Below, piece after piece: positions 27,228-40,200 of a stretch of 64,000 nucleotides of DNA; position 1 is the stretch's first letter; every line of letters begins with the position of its first letter. The stretch is from Eledone cirrhosa (taxonomy: Eukaryota), in contig CAXHJY010000096.1 of NCBI GenBank assembly GCA_964016885.1, positions 2,542,001-2,606,000 of the forward strand, in the 5' to 3' direction. Position numbers and translations under genes: made by a program. The notes beneath the pieces are model-generated. The model was given only the letters and a program-made list of their open reading frames with translations, had not been told where the DNA came from and made no database searches.

Positions 27228-30200
27228 AATTCCTAGCCGTCCAAGGGGAGATAAATTCCAGCCTCCAAGGGGAGATAATTTCCAGCCAGCCAAGGGGAGA
27301 TAATTTGTAAAAAAAATCAGGGGGAGATAATTTGTAAAAAAAATCAGGGGGAGATAATTTGTAAAAAAAAATCAGGGGGAGATAATTTGTAAAAAATAAT
27401 CAGGGGGAGATAATTTGTAAAAAAAATCAAGGGGAGATAATTTCCAGCCGTCCAAGGGGAGATAATTTTCAGCCGTCCAAGGGGAGATAATTTCCCGCCA
27501 GCCAAGGGAAGATAATATTTAAAAAAATTAGGCGGAGATAATTTGTAAAAAAAATCAGGGGGAGATAATTTGTAAAAAAATCAGGGGGAGATAATTTGTA
27601 AAAAAAATCAGGGGGAGATAATTTGTAAAAAAAATCAGGGGGAGATAATTTGTAAAAAAAAATCAGGGGGAGATAATTTGTAAAAAAAATCAAGGGGAGA
27701 TAATTTCCAGCCGTCCAAGGGAAGATAATTTCCAGCCCTCCAAGGGGCTATAATTTCCAGCGTCCAAGGGGAGATAATTTCCAGCCAGCGAAGGGGAGAT
27801 AATTTTTTTTAAAAAATCATTGGGAGATTTGTAAAAAAAATCAGGGGGAGATAATTTGTAAAAAAAATCAAGGGGAGATAATTTCCAGCCGTCCAAGGGG
27901 AGGTAATATCTAGCCGTCCAAGGGGAGATAATTTCCAGCCGTCCAAGGGGAGATAATTTCCAGCCGTCCAAGGGTAGATAATATCCAGCCGTCCAAGGAC
28001 ATATTTTCCAGCCGTCCAAGGAGAGGTAATTTCTAGCCGTCCAAGGGGAGATAAATTCCAGCCTCCAAGGTGAGATAATTTCCAGCCAGCCAAGGGGAGA
28101 TAATTTGTAAAAAAATCAGGGGGAGATAATTTGTAAAAAAAATCAGGGGGAGATAATTTGTAAAAAAAAATCAGGGGGAGATAATTTGTAAAAAAAAATC
28201 AGGGGGAGATAATTTGTAAAAAAAAATCAGGGGGAGATAATTTGTAAAAAAATCAAGGGGAGATAATTTCCAGCCGTCCAAGGGGAGATAATTTTCAGCC
28301 GTCCAAGGGGAGATAATTTCCCGCCAGCCAAGGGAAGATAATATTTGAAAAAATCAGGCGGAGATAATTTGTAAAAAAAATCAGGGGGAGATAATTTGTA
28401 AAAAAATCAGGGGGAGATAATTTGTAAAAAAAAAATCAGGGGGAGATAATTTGTAAAAAGAATCAGGGGGAGATAATTTGTAAAAAAAAATCAGGGGTAG
28501 ATAAATTGTAAAAAAAAATCAGGGGGAGATAATTTGTAAAAAAAATCAGGGGGAGATAATTTGTAAAAAAAATGAAAGGGGAGATAATATCCAGCCGTCC
28601 AAGGGGAGATAATTTCCAGCCGTCCAAGGGGAGATAATTTCCAGCCGTCCAAGGGGAGATAATTTCCATCCTTCCAAGGGGATATAATTTCCAGCCGTCC
28701 AAGGGGAGATAATTTCCCGCCAGCCAAGGGAAGATAATTTTTAAAAAAATCAGGCGGAGATTGTAAAAAAAATCAGGGGGGAGATAATTTGTAAAAAAAT
28801 CAGGGGGAGATAATTTGTAAAAAAAAATCAGGGGGAGATAATTTGTAAAAAATATTCAGGGGGAGATAATTTGTAAAAAAAATCAAGGGGAGATAATTTC
28901 CAGCCGTCCAAGGGGAGATAATTTCCCGCCAGCCAAGGGAAGATAATATTTAAAAAAATTAGGCGGAGATAATTTGTAAAAAAAATCAGGGGGAGATAAT
29001 TTGTAAAAAAATCAGGGGGAGATAATTTGTAAAAAAAATCAGGGGGAGATAATTTGTAAAAAAATTCATGGGGAGATAATTTGTAAAAAAAAATCAGGGG
29101 TAGATAATTTGTAAAAAAAAATCAGGGGGAGATAATTTGTAAAAAAAAATCAGGGGGAGATAATTTGTAAAAAAAATCAAGGGGAGATAATTTCCAGCCG
29201 TCCAAGGGGAGATAATTTTCAGCCGTCCAAGGAGAGGTAATTTCTAGCCGTCCAAGGGGAGATAATTTCCAGCCGTCCAAGGGGAGGTAATTTCCAGCCG
29301 TCCAAGGGGAGATAATTTAAAAAAAAAAATCAGGCGGAGATAATTTGTAAAAAAAATCAAGGGGAGATAATTTGCAGCCGTCCAAGGGGAGATAATTTTC
29401 AGTCGTCCAAGGAGAGGTAATTTCTAGCCGTCCAAGGGGAGATAATTGCCAGCCGTCCAAGGGGAGATAATTTCCAGCCGTCCAAGGGGAGATAATTTTT
29501 TTTAAAAAATCAGGCGGAGATAATTTGTAAAAAAAATCAGGGGGAGATAATTTGTAAACAAAATCAGGGGGAGATAATTTGTAAAAAAAAATCAGGGGGA
29601 GATAATTTGTAAAAAAAATCATGGAGAGATAATTTCCAGCCGTCCAAGGTGAGATAATTTCCAGCCGTCCAAGGAGACATATTTTCCAGCCGTCCAAGGC
29701 GAGGTAATTTCTAGCCGTCCAAGGGGAGATAAATTCCAGCCTCCAAGGGGAGATAATTTCCAGCTAGCCAAGTGGAGATAATTTGTAAAAAAATCAGGGG
29801 GAGATAATTTGTAAAAAATATCAGGGAGATAATTTGTAAAAAAAATCAGGGGGAGATAATTTGTAAAAAAAATCAGGGGGAGATAATTTGTAAAAAAAAA
29901 TCAGGGGGAGATAATTTGTAAAAAAAATCAAGGGGAGATAATTTCCAGCCGTCCAAGGGGAGATAATTTTCAGCCGTCCAAGGGGAGATAATTTCCCGCC
30001 AGCCAAGGGAAGATAATATTTAAAAAAATCAGGCGGAGATAATTTGTAAAAAAAATCAGGGGGAGATAATTTGTAAAAAAATCAGGGGGAGATAATTTGT
30101 AAAAAAAAAATCAGGGGGAGATAATTTGTAAAAAAAATCAGGGGGAGATAATTTGTAAAAAAAAATCAGGGATAGATAATTTGTAAACAAAAATCAGGGG

Positions 30201-33200
30201 GAGATAATTTGTAAAAAAAAATCAGGGGGAGATAATTTGTAAAAAAAATGAAAGGGGAGATAATATCCAGCCGTCCAAGGGGAGATAATTTCCAGCCGTC
30301 CAAGGGGATATAATTTCCAGCCGTCCAAGGGGAGATAATTTCCATCCTTCCAAGGGGATATAATTTCCAGCCGTCCAAGGGGAGATAATTTCCCGCCAGC
30401 CAAGGGAAGATAATTTTTAAAAAAATCAGGCGGAGATTGTAAAAAAAATCAGGGGGGAGATAATTTGTAAAAAAATCAGGGGGAGATAATTTGTAAAAAA
30501 TAATCAGGGGGAGATAATTTGTAAAAAAATTCAAGGGGAGATAATTTCCAGCCGTCCAAGGGGAGATAATTTCCCGCCAGCCAAGGGAAGATAATATTTA
30601 AAAAAATTAGGCGGAGATAATTTGTAAAAAAAATCAGGGGGAGATAATTTGTAAAAAAATCAGGGGGAGATAATTTGTAAAAAAAATCAGGGGGAGATAA
30701 TTTGTAAAAAAAATCATGGGGAGATAATTTGTAAAAAAAAATCAGGGGTAGATAATTTGTAAAAAAAAATCAGGGGGAGATAATTTGTAAAAAAAAATCA
30801 GGGGGAGATAATTTGTAAAAAAAATCAAGGGGAGATAATATCCAGCCGTCCAAGGAGAGATAATTTAAAAAAAAAATGAGGCGGAGATAATTTGTAAAAA
30901 AAAAATCAGGGGGAGTTAATTTGTAAAAAAAAATGAGGGGGAGATAATTTGTAAAAAAAATCAAGGGGAGATAATTTCCAGCCGTCCAAGGGGAGATAAT
31001 TTTCAGCCGTCCAAGGAGAGGTAATTTCTAGCCGTCCAAGGGGAGATAATTTCCAGCCGTCCAAGGGGAGGTAATTTCCAGCCGTCCAAGGGGAGATAAT
31101 TTTAAAAAAAAATCAGGCGGAGATAATTTGTAAAAAAAATCAAGGGGAGATAATTTGCAGCCGTCCAAGGGGAGATAATTTTCAGTCGTCCAAGGAGAGG
31201 TAATTTCTAGCCGTCCAAGGGGAGATAATTTCCAGCCGTCCAAGGGGAGATAATTTCCAGCCGTCCAAGGGGAGATAATTTTTTTTAAAAAATCAGGCGG
31301 AGATAATTTGTAAAAAAAATCAGGGGGAGATAATTTGTAAACAAAATCAGGGGGAGATAATTTGTAAAAAAAAATCAGGGGGAGATAATTTGTAAAAAAA
31401 ATTAGGCGTAGATAATTTGTAAAAAAAAATCAGGGGGAGATAATTTGTAAAAAAAAATCAGGGGGAGATAATTTGTTTAAAAAATCAAGGGGAGATAATT
31501 TGCAGCCGTCCAAGGGGAGATAATTTTCAGCCGTCCAAGGAGAGGTAATTTCTAGCCGTTCAAGGGGAGATAATTTCCAGCCGTCCAAGGGGAGATAATT
31601 TCCAGCCGTCCAAGGGGAGATAATTTTTTTTAAAAAATCAGGCGGAGATAATTTGTAAAAAAAAATCAGGGGGAGATAATTCGTAAAAAAAAATCAGGGG
31701 GAGATAATTTGTAAAAAAAAATCAGGGGGAGATAATTTGTAAAAAAAATCAAGGGGAGATAATTTCCAGCCGTCCAAGGGGAGGTAATATCTAGCCGTCC
31801 AAGGGGAGATAATTTCCAGCCGTCCAAGGGGAGATAATTTCCAGCCGTCCAAGGGGAGATAATTTCCAGCCGTCCAAGGAGACATATTTTCCAGCCGTCC
31901 AAGGCGAGGTAATTTCTAGCCGTCCAAGGGGAGATTAATTCCAGCCTCCAAGGGGAGATAATTTCCAGCCAGCCAAGGGGAGATAATTTGTAAAAAAATC
32001 AGGGGGAGATAATTTGTAAAAAATATCAGGGAGATAATTTGTAAAAAAAAATCAGGGGGAGATAATTTGTAAAAAAAATCAGGGGGAGATAATTTGTAAA
32101 AAAAAATCAGGGGGAGATAATTTGTAAAAAAAATCAAGGGGAGATAATTTCCAGCCGTCCAAGGGGAGATAATTTTCAGCCGTCCAAGGAGAGGTAATTT
32201 CTAACCGTCCGAGGAGAGATAATTTCCAGCCGTCCAAGGGGAGATAATTTCCAGCCGTCCAAGGGGAGATAATTTCCAGCCGTCCAAGGAGACATATTTT
32301 CCAGCCGTGCAAGGAGAGGTAATTTCTAGCCGTCCAAGGGGAGATAAATTCCAGCCTCCAAGGGGAGATAATTTCCAGCCAGCCAAGGGGAGATAATTTG
32401 TAAAAAAATCAGGGGGAGATAATTTGCAAAAAAAATCAGGGGGAGATAATTTGTAAAAAAAATCAGGGGGAGATAATTTGTAAAAAATAATCAGGGGGAG
32501 ATAATTTCCAGCCGTCCAAGGGAAGATAATTTCCAGCCCTCCAAGGGGCTATAATTTCCAGTGTCCAAGGGGAGATAATTTCCAGCCAGCGAAGGGGAGA
32601 TAATTTTTTTTAAAAAATCATTGGGAGATTTGTAAAAAAAATCAGGGGGAGATAATTTGTAAAAAAAATCAAGGGGAGATAATTTCCAGCCGTCCAAGGG
32701 GAGGTAATATCTAGCCGTCCAAGGGTAGATAATTTCCAGCCGTCCAACGGGAGATAATTTCCAGCCGTCCAAGGGTAGATAATATCCAGCCGCCCAAGGA
32801 CATATTTTCCAGCCGTCCAAGGAGAGGTAATTTCTAGCCGTCCAAGGGGAGATAATTTCCAGCCGTCCAAGGGTAGATAATATCCAGCCGTCCAAGGACA
32901 TATTTTCCAGCCGTCCAAGGAGAGGTAATTTCTAGCCGTCCAAGGGGAGATAAATTCCAGCCTCCAAGGGGAGATAATTTCCAGCCAGCCAAGGGGAGAT
33001 AATTTGTAAAAAAATCAGGGGGAGATAATTTGTAAAAAAAATCAGGGGGAGATAATTTGTAAAAAAAAATCAGGGGGAGATAATTTGTAAAAAAAAATCA
33101 GGGTGAGATAATTTGCCAAAAAAATCAGGGGGAGATAATTTGTAAAAAAAAATCAGGGGTAGATAATTTGTAAAAAAAAATCAGGGGGAGATAATTTGTA

Positions 33201-34245
33201 AAAAAAAATCAGGGGGAGATAATTTGTAAAAAAAATCAAGGGGAGATAATTTCCAGCCGTCCAAGGAGAGATAATTTAAAAAAAAATCAGGCGGAGATAA
33301 TTTGTAAAAAAAAATCAGGGGGAGATAATTTGTAAAAAAAATCAGGGGGAGATAATTTGTAAAAAAAAATCAGGGGTAGATAATTTGTAAAAAAAAATCA
33401 GGGGGAGATAATTTGTAAAAAAAAATCAGGAGGAGATAATTTGTAAAAAAAATCAAGGGGAGATAATTTCCAGCCGTCCAAGGAGAGATAATTTTAAAAA
33501 AAATCAGGCGGAGATAATTTGTAAAAAAAAATCAGGGGGAGATAATTTGTAAAAAAAAATCAGGGGGAGATAATTTGTAAAAAAAATCAAGGGGAGATAA
33601 TTTCCAGCCGTCCAAGGGGAGATAATTTTCAGCCGTCCAAGGGGAGATAATTTCCCGCCAGCCAAGGGAAGATAATATTCAAAAAAATCAGGCGGAGATA
33701 ATTTGTAAAAAAAATCAGGGGGAGATAATTTGTAAAAAAATCAGGGGGAGATAATTTGTAAAAAAAAAAATCAGGGGGAGATAATTTGTAAAAAAAATCA
33801 GGGGGAGATAATTTGTAAAAAAAATCAGGGGTAGATAATTTGTAAAAAAAAATCAGGGGGAGATAATTTGTAAAAAAAAATCAGGGGGAGATAATTTGTA
33901 AAAAAAATGAAAGGGGAGATAATATCCAGCCGTCCAAGGGGAGATAATTTCCAGCCGTCCAAGGGGAGATAATTTCCAGCCGTCCAAGGGGAGATAATTT
34001 CCATCCTTCCAAGGGGATATAATTTCCAGCCGTCCAAGGGGAGATAATTTCCATCCTTCCAAGGGGATATAATTTCCAGCCGTCCAAGGGGAGATAATTT
34101 TCAGCCGTCCAAGGAGAGGTAATTTCTAGCCGTCCAAGGAGAGATAATTTCCAGCCGTCCAAGGGGAGATAATTTCCAGCCGTCCAAGGGGAGATAATTT
34201 CCAGCCGTCCAAGGAGACATATTTTCCAGCCGTCCAAGGAGAGGT
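27228..34245. repeat. HOR unit, short form, 7018 bp
   Basis: Marker at 27228 and 34246; ORFs 26807/33825. Confidence 0.9.
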
Positions 34246-37200
34246 AATTCCTAGCCGTCCAAGGGGAGATAAATTCCAGCCTCCAAGGGGAGATAATTTC
34301 CAGCCAGCCAAGGGGAGATAATTTGTAAAAAAAATCAGGGGGAGATAATTTGTAAAAAAAATCAGGGGGAGATAATTTGTAAAAAAAAATCAGGGGTAGA
34401 TAATTTGTAAAAAATAATCAGGGGGAGATAATTTGTAAAAAAAATCAAGGGGAGATAATTTCCAGCCGTCCAAGGGGAGATAATTTTCAGCCGTCCAAGG
34501 GGAGATAATTTCCCGCCAGCCAAGGGAAGATAATATTTAAAAAAATTAGGCGGAGATAATTTGTAAAAAAAATCAGGGGGAGATAATTTGTAAAAAAATC
34601 AGGGGGAGATAATTTGTAAAAAAAATCAGGGGGAGATAATTTGTAAAAAAAAATCAGGGGGAGATAATTTGTAAAAAAAATCAAGGGGAGATAATTTCCA
34701 GCCGTCCAAGGGAAGATAATTTCCAGCCCTCCAAGGGGCTATAATTTCCAGCGTCCAAGGGGAGATAATTTCCAGCCAGCGAAGGGGAGATAATTTTTTT
34801 TTAAAAATCATTGGGAGATTTGTAAAAAAAATCAGGGGGAGATAATTTGTAAAAAAAATCAAGGGGAGATAATTTCCAGCCGTCCAAGGGGAGGTAATAT
34901 CTAGCCGTCCAAGGGGAGATAATTTCCAGCCGTCCAAGGGGAGATAATTTCCAGCCGTCCAAGGGTAGATAATATCCAGCCGTCCAAGGACATATTTTCC
35001 AGCCGTCCAAGGAGAGGTAATTTCTAGCCGTCCAAGGGGAGATAAATTCCAGCCTCCAAGGTGAGATAATTTCCAGCCAGCCAAGGGGAGATAATTTGTA
35101 AAAAAATCAGGGGGAGATAATTTGTAAAAAAAATCAGGGGGAGATAATTTGTAAAAAAAAATCAGGGGGAGATAATTTGTAAAAAAAAATCAGGGGGAGA
35201 TAATTTGTAAAAAAAAATCAGGGGGAGATAATTTGTAAAAAAATCAAGGGGAGATAATTTCCAGCCGTCCAAGGGGAGATAATTTTCAGCCGTCCAAGGG
35301 GAGATAATTTCCCGCCAGCCAAGGGAAGATAATATTTGAAAAAATCAGGCGGAGATAATTTGTAAAAAAAATCAGGGGGAGATAATTTGTAAAAAAATCA
35401 GGGGGAGATAATTTGTAAAAAAAAAATCAGGGGGAGATAATTTGTAAAAAGAATCAGGGGGAGATAATTTGTAAAAAAAAATCAGGGGTAGATAAATTGT
35501 AAAAAAAAATCAGGGGGAGATAATTTGTAAAAAAAATCAGGGGGAGATAATTTGTAAAAAAAATGAAAGGGGAGATAATATCCAGCCGTCCAAGGGGAGA
35601 TAATTTCCAGCCGTCCAAGGGGAGATAATTTCCAGCCGTCCAAGGGGAGATAATTTCCATCCTTCCAAGGGGATATAATTTCCAGCCGTCCAAGGGGAGA
35701 TAATTTCCCGCCAGCCAAGGGAAGATAATTTTAAAAAAAATCAGGCGGAGATTGTAAAAAAAATCAGGGGGGAGATAATTTGTAAAAAAATCAGGGGGAG
35801 ATAATTTGTAAAAAAAAATCAGGGGGAGATAATTTGTAAAAAATAATCAGGGGGAGATAATTTGTAAAAAAAAATCAAGGGGAGATAATTTCCAGCCGTC
35901 CAAGGGGAGATAATTTCCCGCCAGCCAAGGGAAGATAATATTTAAAAAAATTAGGCGGAGATAATTTGTAAAAAAAATCAGGGGGAGATAATTTGTAAAA
36001 AAATCAGGGGGAGATAATTTGTAAAAAAAATCAGGGGGAGATAATTTGTAAAAAAATTCATGGGGAGATAATTTGTAAAAAAAAATCAGGGGTAGATAAT
36101 TTGTAAAAAAAAATCAGGGGGAGATAATTTGTAAAAAAAAATCAGGGGGAGATAATTTGTAAAAAAAATCAAGGGGAGATAATTTCCAGCCGTCCAAGGG
36201 GAGATAATTTTCAGCCGTCCAAGGAGAGGTAATTTCTAGCCGTCCAAGGGGAGATAATTTCCAGCCGTCCAAGGGGAGGTAATTTCCAGCCGTCCAAGGG
36301 GAGATAATTTAAAAAAAAAAATCAGGCGGAGATAATTTGTAAAAAAAATCAAGGGGAGATAATTTGCAGCCGTCCAAGGGGAGATAATTTTCAGTCGTCC
36401 AAGGAGAGGTAATTTCTAGCCGTCCAAGGGGAGATAATTGCCAGCCGTCCAAGGGGAGATAATTTCCAGCCGTCCAAGGGGAGATAATTTTTTTTAAAAA
36501 ATCAGGCGGAGATAATTTGTAAAAAAAATCAGGGGGAGATAATTTGTAAACAAAATCAGGGGGAGATAATTTGTAAAAAAAAATCAGGGGGAGATAATTT
36601 GTAAAAAAAATCATGGAGAGATAATTTCCAGCCGTCCAAGGTGAGATAATTTCCAGCCGTCCAAGGAGACATATTTTCCAGCCGTCCAAGGCGAGGTAAT
36701 TTCTAGCCGTCCAAGGGGAGATAAATTCCAGCCTCCAAGGGGAGATAATTTCCAGCCAGCCAAGTGGAGATAATTTGTAAAAAAATCAGGGGGAGATAAT
36801 TTGTAAAAAATATCAGGGAGATAATTTGTAAAAAAAAATCAGGGGGAGATAATTTGTAAAAAAAATCAGGGGGAGATAATTTGTAAAAAAAAATCAGGGG
36901 GAGATAATTTGTAAAAAAAATCAAGGGGAGATAATTTCCAGCCGTCCAAGGGGAGATAATTTTCAGCCGTCCAAGGGGAGATAATTTCCCGCCAGCCAAG
37001 GGAAGATAATATTTAAAAAAATCAGGCGGAGATAATTTGTAAAAAAAATCAGGGGGAGATAATTTGTAAAAAAATCAGGGGGAGATAATTTGTAAAAAAA
37101 AAATCAGGGGGAGATAATTTGTAAAAAAAATCAGGGGGAGATAATTTGTAAAAAAAATCAAGGGGAGATAATTTCCAGCCGTCCAAGGGGAGATAATTTT

Positions 37201-40200
37201 CAGCCGTCCAAGGGGAGATAATTTGTAAAAAAAATCAAGGGGAGATAATTTCCAGCCGTCCAAGGGGAGATAATTTCCCGCCAGCCAAGGGAAGATAATA
37301 TTTAAAAAAATCAGGCGGAGATAATTTGTAAAAAAAATCAGGGGGAGATAATTTGTAAAAAAATCAGGGGGAGATAATTTGTAAAAAAAAAATCAGGGGG
37401 AGATAATTTGTAAAAAAAATCAGGGGGAGATAATTTGTAAAAAAAAATCAGGGGTAGATAAATTGTAAAAAAAAATCAGGGGGAGATAATTTGTAAAAAA
37501 AATCAGGGGGAGATAATTTGTAAAAAAAATGAAAGGGGAGATAATATCCAGCCGTCCAAGGGGAGATAATTTCCAGCCGTCCAAGGGGAGATAATTTCCA
37601 GCCGTCCAAGGGGAGATAATTTCCATCCTTCCAAGGGGATATAATTTCCAGCCGTCCAAGGGGAGATAATTTCCCGCCAGCCAAGGGAAGATAATTTTTA
37701 AAAAAATCAGGCGGAGATTGTAAAAAAAATCAGGGGGGAGATAATTTGTAAAAAAATCAGGGGGAGATAATTTGTAAAAAAAAATCAGGGGGAGATAATT
37801 TGTAAAAAATAATCAGGGGGAGATAATTTGTAAAAAAAAATCAAGGGGAGATAATTTCCAGCCGTCCAAGGGGAGATAATTTCCCGCCAGCCAAGGGAAG
37901 ATAATATTTAAAAAAATTAGGCGGAGATAATTTGTAAAAAAAATCAGGGGGAGATAATTTGTAAAAAAATCAGGGGGAGATAATTTGTAAAAAAAATCAG
38001 GGGGAGATAATTTGTAAAAAAAATCATGGGGAGATAATTTGTAAAAAAAAATCAGGGGTAGATAATTTGTAAAAAAAAATCAGGGGGAGATAATTTGTAA
38101 AAAAAAATCAGGGGGAGATAATTTGTAAAAAAAATCAAGGGGAGATAATTTCCAGCCGTCCAAGGGGAGATAATTTTCAGCTGTCCAAGGAGAGGTAATT
38201 TCTAGCCGTCCAAGGGGAGATAATTTCCAGCCGTCCAAGGGGAGGTAATTTCCAGCCGTCCAAGGGGAGATAATTTTAAAAAAAAAATCAGGCGGAGATA
38301 ATTTGTAAAAAAAATCAAGGGGAGATAATTTGCAGCCGTCCAAGGGGAGATAATTTTCAGTCGTCCAAGGAGAGGTAATTTCTAGCCGTCCAAGGGGAGA
38401 TAATTGCCAGCCGTCCAAGGGGAGATAATTTCCAGCCGTCCAAGGGGAGATAATTTTTTTTAAAAAATCAGGCGGAGATAATTTGTAAAAAAAATCAGGG
38501 GGAGATAATTTGTAAACAAAATCAGGGGGAGATAATTTGTAAAAAAAAATCAGGGGGAGATAATTTGTAAAAAAAATCATGGAGAGATAATTTCCAGCCG
38601 TCCAAGGTGAGATAATTTCCAGCCGTCCAAGGAGACATATTTTCCAGCCGTCCAAGGCGAGGTAATTTCTAGCCGTCCAAGGGGAGATAAATTCCAGCCT
38701 CCAAGGGGAGATAATTTCCAGCCAGCCAAGTGGAGATAATTTGTAAAAAAATCAGGGGGAGATAATTTGTAAAAAATATCAGGGAGATAATTTGTAAAAA
38801 AAAATCAGGGGGAGATAATTTGTAAAAAAAATCAGGGGGAGATAATTTGTAAAAAAAAATCAGGGGGAGATAATTTGTAAAAAAAATCAAGGGGAGATAA
38901 TTTCCAGCCGTCCAAGGGGAGATAATTTTCAGCCGTCCAAGGGGAGATAATTTCCCGCCAGCCATGGGAAGATAATATTAAAAAAAATCAGGCGGAGATA
39001 ATTTGTAAAAAAAATCAGGGGGAGATAATTTGTAAAAAAATCAGGGGGAGATAATTTGTAAAAAAAAAATCAGGGGGAGATAATTTGTAAAAAAAATCAG
39101 GGGGAGATAATTTGTAAAAAAAAATCAGGGGTAGATAATTTGTAAAAAAAAATCAGGGGGAGATAATTTGTAAAAAAAAATCAGGGGGAGATAATTTGTA
39201 AAAAAATGAAAGGGGAGATAATATCCAGCCGTCCAAGGGGAGATAATTTCCAGCCGTCCAAGGGGATATAATTTCCAGCCGTCCAAGGGGAGATAATTTC
39301 CATCCTTCGAAGGGGATATAATTTCCAGCCGTCCAAGGGGAGATAATTTCCCGCCAGCCAAGGGAAGATAATTTTTAAAAAAATCAGGCGGAGATTGTAA
39401 AAAAAATCAGGGGGGAGATAATTTGTAAAAAAATCAGGAGGAGATAATTTGTAAAAAATAATCAGGGGGAGATAATTTGTAAAAAAATTCAAGGGGAGAT
39501 AATTTCCAGCCGTCCAAGGGGAGATAATTTCCCGCCAGCCAAGGGAAGATAATATTTAAAAAAATTAGGCGGAGATAATTTGTAAAAAAAATCAGGGGGA
39601 GATAATTTGTAAAAAAATCAGGGGGAGATAATTTGTAAAAAAAATCAGGGGGAGATAATTTGTAAAAAAAATCATGGGGAGATAATTTGTAAAAAAAAAT
39701 CAGGGGTAGATAATTTGTAAAAAAAAATCAGGGGGAGATAATTTGTAAAAAAAAATCAGGGGGAGATAATTTGTAAAAAAAATCAAGGGGAGATAATATC
39801 CAGCCGTCCAAGGAGAGATAATTTTAAAAAAAAATGAGGCGGAGATAATTTGTAAAAAAAATCAGGGGGAGATAATTTGTAAAAAAATCAGGGGGAGATA
39901 ATTTGTAAAAAAAATCAGGGGGAGATAATTTGTAAAAAAAATCATGGGGAGATAATTTGTAAAAAAAAATCAGGGGTAGATAATTTGTAAAAAAAAATCA
40001 GGGGGAGATAATTTGTAAAAAAAAATGAGGGGGAGATAATTTGTAAAAAAAATCAAGGGGAGATAATTTCCAGCCGTCCAAGGGGAGATAATTTTCAGCC
40101 GTCCAAGGAGAGGTAATTTCTAGCCGTCCAAGGGGAGATAATTTCCAGCCGTCCAAGGGGAGGTAATTTCCAGCCGTCCAAGGGGAGATAAATTAAAAAA

